Below are positions 13,976 to 25,900 of a stretch of 64,000 bases of DNA, piece after piece. Numbering within the stretch: the stretch's first letter is position 1; the number at the start of each line of letters is the position of its first letter. The stretch is taken from assembly GCA_043228905.1 (NCBI GenBank), contig JBHGNT010000001.1, positions 2,542,001 to 2,606,000 on the forward strand. Direction: 5' to 3'. This stretch comes from Azolla caroliniana. Its lineage: Eukaryota; Plantae; Polypodiophyta. The notes below the pieces were generated by a model, which ran no database searches, was not told where the DNA came from, and saw nothing but the letters and a program-made list of their open reading frames with translations. The position numbers and the translations under genes were made by a program.

Positions 13976-14382
13976 AGACTGAAGCAGTGCTCATAAATGG
14001 CAATATTAATAACAATTAACACATTGATCAACATGACTAAATTCTAGTACTGGAGGGATGCTTCACCAAGGGTAATATGGCGGATTTCGAATATAAATGG
14101 AAGAAAAGAGATCAATAGTAAAAATAACAAAATTCAAGTACCAAAAAGGCTGTCACCAGCAAGTTCTTGTGAAACTTAGACAACCCAACACAATATCTTT
14201 CGATCCACGTTTTATGAGTGACAAATTTAACAAGTAGAGTGGAAACCCCCTTTACTGAGCTTGGAAGCCTTCTGTAGAACTTGGAAATTTGTGTAGTTAC
14301 ATATTTCTTCAAATCTTTGAAATTCCATCCCAGACCATTTCAGCCAAAACAATCTGTCACAACGATAAACTGTGTTCTGATT

Positions 14383-17300
14383 TCAGCTCTTGTCTTCACT
14401 TTTCCTCCTGCAATGAAGAAGTGAAGAAAGATTTAATGGCTATCCAACAATGGGAGCTCAAAAAGTTTTACTACACTACATAAAAACATGGATTCAAATC
14501 TTGATATGTTTCAAGTTTACACACTAAATTATCCCGATTGCAAAGCCAAACCTAGTTACTCAACGTTTGTATGCACAGCTAATAATACCTCTTTGAGAAA
14601 GCACACTCCCAATCACGCTTTTCATGGTGGTAAATATACATGGCTGCACGGGCATCTTGCACCTGCCAAAAGGAATATAAGACTCGATTAGCAGCGCCTC
14701 AATAAAATTTCCAGTACAAAAAAACAATATAATTTAGTGATAGTACTGACAGAGCAATGCTCGCCATCTTGTATGGTCACACCCAGTATTTCTGCAGCTA
14801 TATGACGAAGAGCTTTGGGACGCCCATTGTTGCTACGCAGAGGTGGATATGCTGCAGTATCTCGAATGTTCTTTTTGGGGTGACTCAGGTACATAATCTT
14901 GTAAAACAAAAAACTAGATGCTCTTACTGTGGTATTGTGCTCAGCATTTAAATGACTTGGAAGTTGGAGCAACACAAATTCATTCTATGTTGGGTTTGCT
15001 CAAATACATGGAACTACAGAAATCACAAAGAGTGATACTCTTATTAAGACATTGCATTCGAGCCTAGCAATCGGCCCGGTTCGGTTTGGTTTCTTTGCCC
15101 TGAAACCAAACCGAACTGAATCAAACCATTTATATCAAACAAAAACCAAAACAAACCGTTTAAGAACTTTCAAGCCATTAAACCAAACCATTTATGAAAA
15201 GGTAAACCAAACTATTTAAATCAAAACCGTTTTAGGGAAAAGTTGAAACCAAACCGAGTCATTTAAATAAAAAGTTTAAACCTAACCACATTTAAGTCTT
15301 AAAATTTGGAAGGTATAATGGACAAATAAGGGCACTGCATCTCAAGCCCATACCTTGACAAATAAAGAAGAAAGAATGGCTGACACTAGAGATACTAAGA
15401 TAGAAACCCTTGCACAAAAGAATGACACAGGCCTGGGTTGCCAATCTTGAAAAGTGAAACAAATGCATTGCTTCTTTCTAGATGCATTGATGATATTATT
15501 CAGTGAAGGCCACATTATTCAGGTCAATCCAACTAATCTAAATTTGAACCTCAGGCTGCAATGAGGATTAACACTAAGTACACTAATTTATACATAAACA
15601 TCATGTGATAATGACGAACAAATAGACAGGTGATCTAAAATCCTTGAAATAATATTAGCTTAGAGACTAGTTTTGAAACACCAATAGTTCTATTGTGATT
15701 AAATAATTTACTTGTACTAATCACATCATGGACAGCAAATGCTGTCCTGAAACTAATATTAGCGAGAACCCTGCTCCGAAAGCAATTCCCTAGTTTAAGC
15801 AGCAAGTTTTCTATTAAACTGTATAATACTTGTCTTATATTGTAAGTACCTTGAGATCATTTTTTACTGCATGTCCTACCAGGATTCGGCCAGCAATGAG
15901 GTCTGCAACCTCTTTCTGAACCACTGCAAACTCCTCAGCTATTAAAGCACAACGTGCTAAGCAAGATTAGGTTATGAATATTGCTCCATACTTAATAGTT
16001 CACCAAAATTTACACTTTAGATTATACATATATATACAAAGAGTCTGGAATGCCTGAGTTCTACTTTATTTCCCAAATGCCATTGGGTCAAGCTCCCAAA
16101 AGCAGTTACATTTACTCACTGTAGATTATATATATTTTATAAAAAGACTCTGGAATACCCCTAAGTTCTACTTTATTTCCCAAATGCCCGTGGGTCAAGC
16201 TCCCAAGTTACATTTACTGCACTTTAGATTATATATATTATATAGAGACTCTGGAGTACCCCCTAAGTTTTACTTTATTTCCCAATGCCCTCTGAACAAT
16301 TATATGCCCTCTGAGTATAGTTTATTTTGAGCAATTTTATTATTACGTCATTTCCCCTTTTCTCTCTTCTGTGGTTGAACACGGGCAGTTCGAGAAATAA
16401 TGAATATTCACGGGCATTTGTGAAAATGACGAAAAAACATGAGGGAATTTTAGTCCTAAGTATTCATCCATACTTTAGAATATAACTATAATATACATCC
16501 TCTCAAATTATGGCCTACCTTTTCTCAAATTGCTTGGTCTAACCCCACTGACTTTTGTACGAAAATCTGTAACCTTTTCCATGGGCCGTACATGTTTGTC
16601 ATAAACAATGTTACCCCACATATTCACCTGTGGGAAAAGAGAAGATCAAGTTTTTTCTATAATACAAATAAAACATCCTTAAGCTCCTCTTGAATATATA
16701 CATGGATAAGAGATTTACCAGGCTAACCCTAGCAAGGATACTTCTTTTCCCATCTAAACCAGCACCAACCATTTCACAATCCATGGCCAAAACTTTTGTC
16801 AAGCTGTAGTAACAAGTATAAACTTTAAATCAGTCCCAGGAGTCAATCACGCTATGAATCAGATACCAGCACAAATATTCACAAATTTCAAAAATGTGAT
16901 ATGTCTTGCCTACAATCAGTACTTTTTGGAGCAAGACTTCCCATCTGTGCCTGTTGCACAACATCCTGATTTTTGGCTGCAGCTGTAGCTGAATCATTTG
17001 TATTAGTGATAAAATGAATATCAAAAAAGTATGTTAATGAAAATGAGAAAATACCTGATGTCTTGAACTGTTTATCATCCTTTTCCGTCTGGCATTTGCC
17101 AAATGTATATTGACTTCTTTTAAGTGTCTGCGTGATCAAAAGCAGAATGTCAAAAACAAGACAGTTAGCAAGACGAAGCCTAAACACAAAGTATGATAAT
17201 AAATACTACTGATGCGACGAACAACTCATGGCAACAGCTAGAAAACGAAACAAACAAGATAATACCTAGATTTAAACACAAAGGAAGGCTCTCTCTTTCA

Positions 17301-17822
17301 TAATGTGCTATGATAATAAATACTACTGATGCGAACAACTCATGCAAATGTCTAGAAAACGAACCAAACAAGATAATACTAGATTTAATCACAAAAGGAA
17401 AGCTCTCAATTTCAACATGTGCTATGATAATAAATACTACTGATGTGTTTGAAAAGGAACAAATAAGATAATACCTAGATTTAAAGAACAAATAGGGGCG
17501 CACCTACAGATTGGATTTGCTTCCAGTTAGAGTTTATTCGATCGATGCCAACATGCAGAGGAACGTGTTGACGTTTAGAAGAACCAGAAACGGGTAATTT
17601 AATATCATCAGAGTAAGATTTTTTGTTCTCTATCTTGTTTGGTTCCTCTTTATCCTTCATCTTCCTCTTCCTCTTATAGTTATTGTTTCTTCTGTCTTTC
17701 TCTTTTTCCTTCCCCTTCACTTCTTCATGCTTCCTCTTCTGACCAGAAACAGAAGAAGCTTCAAACAGGGCGATCTTACACCCTCGCCCTCGCGAATGCT
17801 GTTCATCTTCTCCTTCCGCCAT
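14383..17822 (-). CDS. REX4: RNA exonuclease 4 (DEDDh 3'-5' exonuclease), about 331 aa
   Basis: Minus-strand exons 17822-17508, 17127-17055, 16988-16910, 16803-16719, 16627-16519, 15938-15850, 14897-14751, 14662-14589, 14407-14383. Motifs: basic NLS and NSNWK at the N-terminus, Exo[30 protein letters not shown], Exo[23 protein letters not shown], Exo[14 protein letters not shown]. Intron 16909-16804 is GC-AG. Confidence 0.93.
15062..15290. mobile_element. Truncated AACCG/AAACC-rich MITE-like fragment (hAT-type) in a REXO4 intron
   Basis: 'ggttcggtttggtt...aaaccaaaccgaac...aaaccaaaccgag' with repeated AAACC(G) subterminal motifs, typical of plant hAT MITEs. No clear second terminus or TSD. 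Confidence 0.5.
16008..16300. repeat. Tandem repeat, about 110 bp x 3, in a REXO4 intron; followed by a degraded MITE-like stretch to about 16460
   Basis: 'tagattata...gactctgga(a/g)ta(c)ccc(t)aagttctactttatttcccaaatgccc' recurs near 16018, 16122 and 16225. Confidence 0.8.
17181..17490. repeat. Tandem repeat, about 115 bp x 3, in REXO4 intron 1
   Basis: 'atgataataaatactactgatg...aaacaagataatacctagattta' occurs near 17193, 17310 and 17424. Confidence 0.85.
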
Positions 17823-20149
17823 GGATGCTGCAGTCTAGATGTGGGAAATTTGCGAAACCCCTCCTCCATAAAACACAGAAAGAAGCTTATTTTGATGTTT
17901 CTTCTTTAAATCCTAAAATGCCCTTAAGTTTCCCTTATTTCTTCCGATGCCCCCAAAACACATCGTCTTTGTGTTTGTGGCATGATCTGGAAAGAGAAAT
18001 AATTTGAGCAAGAAAAGGCTTTGCAAATTTCTGAACTTTACTTCCTATAGACTTAGGTTTTGGCTTGGCTACAAACTGCAATAATACAAGGGAAAATGAG
18101 CTCAAATCACTAAGGATTGTCAATCTCCATGCAACACCACCGTCAACAACAGTGGAAGAAATCAATACATGATGTGACATGCTACTAGCGAATGTCTATG
18201 GGACATACAGTTGGAAAACAAGGTGTATCTTGTTGAGGACAAAGGTCTATTGCATGCATAATGGCTATCGAGGAGAAATGTATGTTGAAAGTAGTTGGAT
18301 CTACTGAGCAACTTAACATCCACGTACAAGATGAGGAGGATCGAAATGTGATATATGCACTTTAAAATAGTGTCTAGGTAGGACTCCGCATTGACAAGGT
18401 AAACTTTTGTCACCATTTGTTGGTGGATGTTTGAGTTATGTATTATATTGTTTCCACTTCCTTCGTGGTCACAATTGCAAACACCGGTAGCATATATGAT
18501 CACCTTTTTTATTGAGGAGAAGATTTTGTTGAGATCAATTCCTTTTTGCTGCTTGAAAGTGTTGGAACTTAGCCGCACTTTGCATTTCGAATTTCAAATC
18601 ATCAAATGTATACATCAAGCCCAAAATCTAGGGCCATCAAGTAGCATTTCAATTCTTTTGTAAGTTGCTTCCATCAATTCTACGGGGCCATCTTTTTTTT
18701 TAGTTCCATTGCATGTGGTGTTTTCACCATCAAATATAGGGATTTCGACTTATTGGTGCCTTTGACATTCCAAAACTTTTGCAGCGAGTTGGGGCTCAAG
18801 TTATGTTTAGGATTCCCAAGGACCTTGGGCCATGATAGTAAGTATCTTCTTCTTCTTTTTTGTTTGTTTTGTTGCGAAGGATTGTAGCTAAACTCACATT
18901 TTGATGGAATCAAGGTTAATATGCCACGATGACATGAATAGGGTACTCCAATATTTATTGTTGGCAGCCTCCGAGTTTCAGTTGCTATGAAACATGATTT
19001 TATAATGTTTTGGTATCTTCAAATGAGTTTACTTGAATTTAATGTGGATTGGAGTTAACATTAAAGAGGACCATTTGCCATGACCAGAGAATATTGCTAC
19101 CATAAGGGTAATGCGATCATTTTTTGTTAACGTTGTAAGTATCAAATAATTATGAGCGTTCATTATTTCAAACCAGATTTTTGAAGGCTGTTTAGAAAAT
19201 TCATGTGTTTGTAGTAATAGAATCTGAATTCAATGTTGTAGAGCCACTTAGTAAATTATGATCACAATCAAGGTTACTCTCACTAAATATATTGCTTTTG
19301 ATCTTCAAAGCGTGCACTATTCTGTCTCATGACATATCTGGGACATAGCTTATTAGAAATTCACATTCCATACTATTTGGTCTTATATGAATTGGTAAAT
19401 TTCTACATGACTATCTACATGGAACTGCATTTTAATGGATTTTAGATTCATAGCACCCGCTCATATTTTATTTATAGAGCGCAAGATTTTTATTAGATGA
19501 TTAATTGACGGCCTGATAAAGTTTTTTGTCATCCCTGATCTGGAAGCATGGACACATTGAAGTTGCATGTATTTGAATGGGAAGAGTTTTTCCATGACTT
19601 CTTAATATCTTCTGGTCATACTAATTTGTGAGACACGAATGAGGTGCATCTCTGTTATTCCTCCCACTTTATAAATTAGTAAACCTCTGTTATTATGGGG
19701 TTTTAAATGTCCTAATGAGGGTAAGGTTGGCCAGAAGGACATTTAAAGTCGACAGAGAGGGAAGTCTCAAGGCAATGATACAACATGCATCGATGATACA
19801 AGAAATTCTATGTATAGAGGACAGCAAGGGTTCAACTGTGTATAGTCATATAGGATGCCAGCAAGGGTTCACGTTCAGCTGTAGATGGAAAAATGACTTA
19901 TTCTCTACTGTTCCAAGCAAATAGTTCATGTACTACTAATAATTTGTGACTTATGTATGTCCTATGGACACTTAATTTTATATATTTTCTCATACCCCTG
20001 TTAACATAGTTTATGCTCACTAATGTAACAGCACAGATTAACCTAGTTTTTACTGCTCAGCATAGTTTCCCTCTACTTCTGGAACATCATTGTTTAGCAT
20101 GAATTGTTGTTATTTATGAACTAATACTGCTTAACATAGTTTCTCTTTA

Positions 20150-22150
20150 CTTATGGAACAATATAGTGAAAATCCACTGGCGTCTGACTTAGCAAATGGG
20201 CAAGTACGAGCAAGCACTGCCTTCACGAAGACTAATGCCAGTTTGCACATCTGGCCTGACTCTACAGGGTGCATGGATTGGTTCAGGTCATGACACTTTT
20301 GTTGATATGCTGAAATCCCAGTCTGCTTTTGGTACTTACTCAAGTACTGATATTTGTCCCATCACCTAAAACAAGCTGGGATCACCATTCAGTGCAGATC
20401 ATGTATCTGGCTCCATCAGACCCCGTATTGCATCCTTCATTCAAATCTTTGTTACGAAGCTTGACTTCTGTTGGAAAACAAGAAATTGGCACTGTTGGAA
20501 TTCAGCACTTCCATTTTGAGAAATCTTCTTGGAGCTTGAATATTTTGCTGCTCGTGTGCAAAGTAGGGAAACTTTTGCTGACGGTACATTTCCATCTGAA
20601 AAATGTATCTGTAAATGCACCATTAGAAGAACAAGCTGTAAATTCTTCTCCCTCTATGGAGGAGCAAAGCTATAGAATGAGGACTACTAAAGCTTCTGAC
20701 ATAGATGTGGTGATCACTGGAAGTCAATCTATGACCAATTCTTTGTATCAGACAAAGCAGTTAGAAGATGTAAAAAAAGGTTAGTGTTATGTAGTTTTAC
20801 TATACATGAACATGGTTCATCAGCTAGGAGCAGGAGGATCAATTACTTGACTTCTTTAATAAAGTCAAGCATTCTGTAAATTTTGATACTTCTAAACCAT
20901 GTATTTGTTTCTGACAGTGTTCCAACATCAATTCAGTACAAATATTAGATGAAGATGAGAGATATTATTTAGTCTCTACGGAGAATCTTGATTTAGTTAC
21001 AAATGCTGCTATTTTGTAAATATTCTGAGAAACAGAAGCCTGGTCACAAGACAGGAATACAATAGTATTACTCCTTTTTCATCATGAGATTTTAGAAGCC
21101 TGGTCACAAGACAGGAATACAATAGTGTTACTCCTTTTTCGTCATGAGATTTTACATCAATCTTAAATAGCTCATATTTGTACTTCCATTTTTTGGATGC
21201 AGCAAGAACATTATCACAGCTCAACCTATCACAGCGGAATGTTCCATGTAAGCTCAAAGGTATATTCTAGATACTCTGCCACCTTGACAACGGCTATCAT
21301 GGTCAAGCATGGTGGAGGGAACAGACCTACCACAGCAGCACTAAATGTTTCATCATCTCAGGATGAGAGTATTCAAGTCCAAGTACACACTAATTACTTC
21401 AACAGCCATTTTCTGTGAGCTCCATAAGAGCTCTTGGGAGTTAGATAGGACCTTATCAACAAGCCCAAGGAGAACTGCAGACCTGGGCTTCTAGGGGTTT
21501 TATAACTTCATAGAGTGTTTTGGAGGGCATTGTGCTCTGGAATTTGCTGCTGGCTGTCCCATGGATGATGATGGCAAGTTCTGATGCAAATGTTAAAAAC
21601 AATTCCCCTTTCTCCTGACTCATAATGTCTGGATAATTTATCCCAACACTCTGAAGTTTTTCTAAACATGAATTGCCAAACGATTGTAATATTTTATATT
21701 TCTCCACAAAAACCAGTCAAGTGACCTGGGGAGTTGTTTAGACTCTGGTCTTATACAGGTAACGGAGCCTTCTAGCTTTACAGGGGAGGACATTTGGAAA
21801 ATATTCGAGGAATGAAGATTATTATTGCAACCTTTGTCTTTCAGATATTTCAACTCCTTTGTGATAACAATGACAAATCTTGATTGCTTTATTGACAAAA
21901 AGCTTATTTTCAGATGTATACTTTGGATCCTTCTGTGACAATCCACAATTCATTAAATTTCTGTATCACTTACTCAACATGCCAAGACTATGATGAAATG
22001 GTGATATTCATTACTTCAGTTTGGTAGCTGTGTTCTATTAACATATTAGATGGAGTATGCAAGCAGTTTGTAGTTCTCAAAGGGATATTTCAAATTTGGA
22101 TGGTCTCCTTTCTCACCTTGATTTCAAAATTTCCAGGATTAGTATTTGAA
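20150..22150 (+). pseudogene. Possible decayed large-exon gene; unidentified
   Basis: About 2 kb of exon-like composition without poly-T intron tracts. It holds open fragments such as 20329-20784 (Ser-rich 'LEEQAVNSSPSMEEQ...TKQLEDVKKG') broken by many stops and frameshifts. I saw no TE motifs. Confidence 0.3.
21034..21153. repeat. 60-bp direct tandem duplication (58/60 identical)
   Basis: 'agaagcctggtcacaagacaggaatacaatagt(a/g)ttactcctttttc(a/g)tcatgagatttt' at 21034 and 21094. Confidence 0.95.
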
Positions 22151-22904
22151 GATAAACAACTGAAGAGGTTATTTATGATTCTTTAGTTTCATGCTATTGT
22201 TGAGAATGCTCCAAATGTTAACAGCATAGTTGAATTTCTGTTCTAGACCTGATTCCTGCATCCAAAATATGAGACGTAAGCAGAGGGAAGGGGATTGTCT
22301 GTCCTTTCCCATTCTTGGAGTGTACCTTCAAAGTCAAGAACTGTGGAAAAAGCAGCCGAAAGAAGCCAGGCTTGTGAAAGGCTCCATTTATCTTTATCTT
22401 ATATCCACACCAAAACTACTTTTGGAATGTAATGGTTAAGTACTTGAGCATACTTATGACAAAAGAAGAAAATAACAGGCGTTCATAACAGAAATTGACC
22501 ATGCTTTGATAGAAGTCAGAGTAAAGGACACATGCAATGGATCAAAAAGTGAAACAAATCCTAATAACAAAGCCTTTTAGTTCATGCTCTGTTATGAAAG
22601 ACACTCAAGTAGTACATATGGTAAAGAAGATTTTTAATGACAATAATATGCAAAATATATAAAAGAAAAAACAAGAATATAATTAATTGTTTAATCCAAT
22701 GTATGTCAATCATAATTTCAGCGTTGGTCTTTATTGTAATAAAAACTGAATGTGATATGATGTTCCCTTCGAGTTTTGCCAAATGGCTGATCAATTTCCA
22801 CTTAAAAAATTTATATAATAAAATGTATCATTCGAAAACAAATTCTGGTACATCTTGAAGGTCCACTATTGAAGATGTGACATCGATCATCTCGTTTGGT
22901 ATTT

Positions 22905-25900
22905 TCAAGCCTATATAAGGTCAATAAAAATATGCCAGCAATACTTAGAATTTGATTGATTTAGAATTATTTTACAACATTGCCTATGATTTTATGATCA
23001 CTATTCACCTTTGGAGAGTGGTGACTGTGGTGGAGAAATGGTAAAGTATGGGGTTCATTTTGAGGAAGTTCCTCCTTTATTTCCTCCAACATCCCCAATA
23101 TTTCCTTGAATGGTGGCCTCCTACCTCTTTCTTGATCCCAGCATTTATGTATTAAGCTTTTCGAAAAACAATGACCATTGAGATATCAAGAACTGGAATT
23201 TCCAACAAGAACATGGCTAAACGATGTATAAAACAGAGCCTTACTCCTTCATCTTGTTAGAACAAGGCTTGGTCAATTCAGGGCGTCGTCCCTTGGCAAC
23301 TGCCTTGGCTGCCTCATAAGGGTCCGTGTTGCTAAAAGGTGGCACTCCCTCTAGCATCTAAGCACATGGTATTGCAAGACAAGATACATATCACATATGA
23401 ATAAGGAGAAAACGAGTAATTCATGATCTCAAAGTCAAAATATTAAAAAGAATATAACATTCAACCCATCGCATTATATTTTATCCACATGACTGTGAGA
23501 TCATACAGTAAGCTATACTAGTTCACTACTCCATTACATTGTTGCAACATAAAATCTACCAATGCCATCATATTGGGGCTTTAGCATGTGTTTCAGTGAA
23601 GTGACTTTTGTTCTTATGGACGAAGTGAATATATGCCTTTTCTCTTATTCATTCTTCTTGCAGGATACAGCTCAATCATCCATAATGTGCACACCAATCC
23701 CTAAGAAAGAGCTAGAAAAAAGGATTGCCCTTTGTTTTTTACAGACTTCGCAAATACTACAAGCAGAGCTAATTTACAGATAGCAACTACTCTGTAAAGT
23801 ACATTGTGGAAGGATTCCCTTACCTCATACAATATCATTGCAAATGAGAAAACGTCGACTTTCATGTCATAGGCTTTATGGCTAAAGACCTCTGGAGCCA
23901 TGTACCGATCTAAACAACGAAATACTTGTAAGTACATCAAAGTAGTTCAATATAGCATAGTATGTGTCACATAACTTACAACTGCCAGTTTCGCCAGTTA
24001 ATTTGTATACGTCATGCACACTTTTTGAATGTATAAGCTTGCTTAATCCAAAATCGCCAACCTTGAGATGATGCTCATCCACAAGTAACACATTTCTGCA
24101 TTTTTTTTGGCCAGATGAAAACCTATGAAAGATCCTTTCAAAGTATTGGAACATATATATCATGAACTGCAGAATAAGGAATCACCGAGGTTTCAAGTCC
24201 CGATGAATGATTACATTTGGTCCATTGTGAAGATATGTCATTCCTCTGCAAGAAATAAAATATGAAACTGGTTTCAAACGGTTTTTGATAGAGTAGATAA
24301 ATATGAAACTGGTTTCAAACTCTATCACGCAAGGAAAAAAACTTAGTTTTACACACTAACCTTGCAATATCCAGTGCAAAGTCGACGACTACATCTGCTG
24401 GAAGGTTCCCTTTCCCTCTCATATAGGCATGCAAATCCCCCTACCACAAGGGCTATACATGAAACAGCCCAAAAATCTGTCGAAGAAGTTTTTCAGTAAA
24501 CATTTGGTCCTATTCTTACTCACCAGTTGCAAATACTCTGTGATCAACATAAGGGGCTTCTTGACAGTTACAGCGCCAAGAAATTGGACTATGTTTGGAT
24601 GCCTTAGCTTAACCAATAATTCCACCTCATGCTGGAAATCCTCTCTGAAAGAACAAAAGGTTAATACCAAATTCATATATTATTAAATAATATCATGCAA
24701 TAATTTATATGTGATTTTCAACAGGACTGACTCGATCATCTATGATACATGGATTGGATACTAGGAGTCATCACAAACTTCGTTTATAATGCAACTTGCT
24801 ATTGAGCGATACAGATTGGATAAATCCACTGATCATGTAACTCATTTGCAGATCGTTACTACTGAGATATGCGATATCAAGATCATTACTTTTCAGTACT
24901 GAAATACCATTGAAAAAACAATTAAAAACATAAACTCGTGAGTATAAATATCGTAAATCAACCACCACAAAAAAGCGTAAATAAACATATGCATGTATCA
25001 CACATGAAGCTATGAGTGGGACTTTAATTCACTGCTTAGCTTAAGAACTCTAAGATCATCAACTTCTTCATACACTGTGGACAAGAAACCATCCATAGCC
25101 ATGTTATAGCTACTCCTATCATTGGCTCATGGCAAAAGCTACCAAAAGCAAAAATAACAATCTGCCATCAATTGGACTATTAATCAAAAGTTGGAGGTTC
25201 AAGTGCCACTTCGCCCAAAAGCAGAAAAATAATGTTCTCACAAAAAAACTTCTCGCAAAATGAAAACAATAGAGTCTAAAAATCAGCTAAGCGCATGCAT
25301 ACATTCAAATAAACGTGATCACCAATAAAAACCAGATAGAAGCATGAAGACCAATGGCCTGCTCCGAAATGGACAAGATAGAATCTTCCATGTCCATTTT
25401 AAATATCAGATAAAAGAAATGCAGTACAACAGCTTGCCATTACTTTGATGAAATTTATTTTATCACGTTTATATGTCTATTAACCTGATAGTGTCATATG
25501 ATTCATAAGATCAAAGCAAGAGTTTAGATTTTACTAAATCAGAGAGAATCCCTAGAGAGTGAAAAGAAAAACCAATAAAGTATAATTTCCCTGGTCCCTC
25601 CTGCTAATGGAAAATGCTTACAAATAGAAAATTTCCAATGAGCTTTTGCAGACATGAAAGAAAGCCAGCCCATCCAAAAATATCACTTTGTTAATTCATT
25701 ACAACATAAGCGGTATTAATTCCAATTCAAAGTAAAATTCCCATTAATTTAAAAGAGAAATGGCACCTACACAATTAATCTATCATCGGAAAGGGAGGGA
25801 AGAATGGTCTTAACAGCAATTGGAGTGCCTCGCCAAAATGTCTTCCTTATCTCTCCAAAGGAACCCTGATCAAAATACATTATATACTAATTTCTCAAAA

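Noticed and set aside
13023-16340. Shared 19-mer ttattttgagcaattttat at 13023 and 16322
   Set aside because: Short and AT-rich. Probably internal to a degraded MITE family whose boundaries I could not define.
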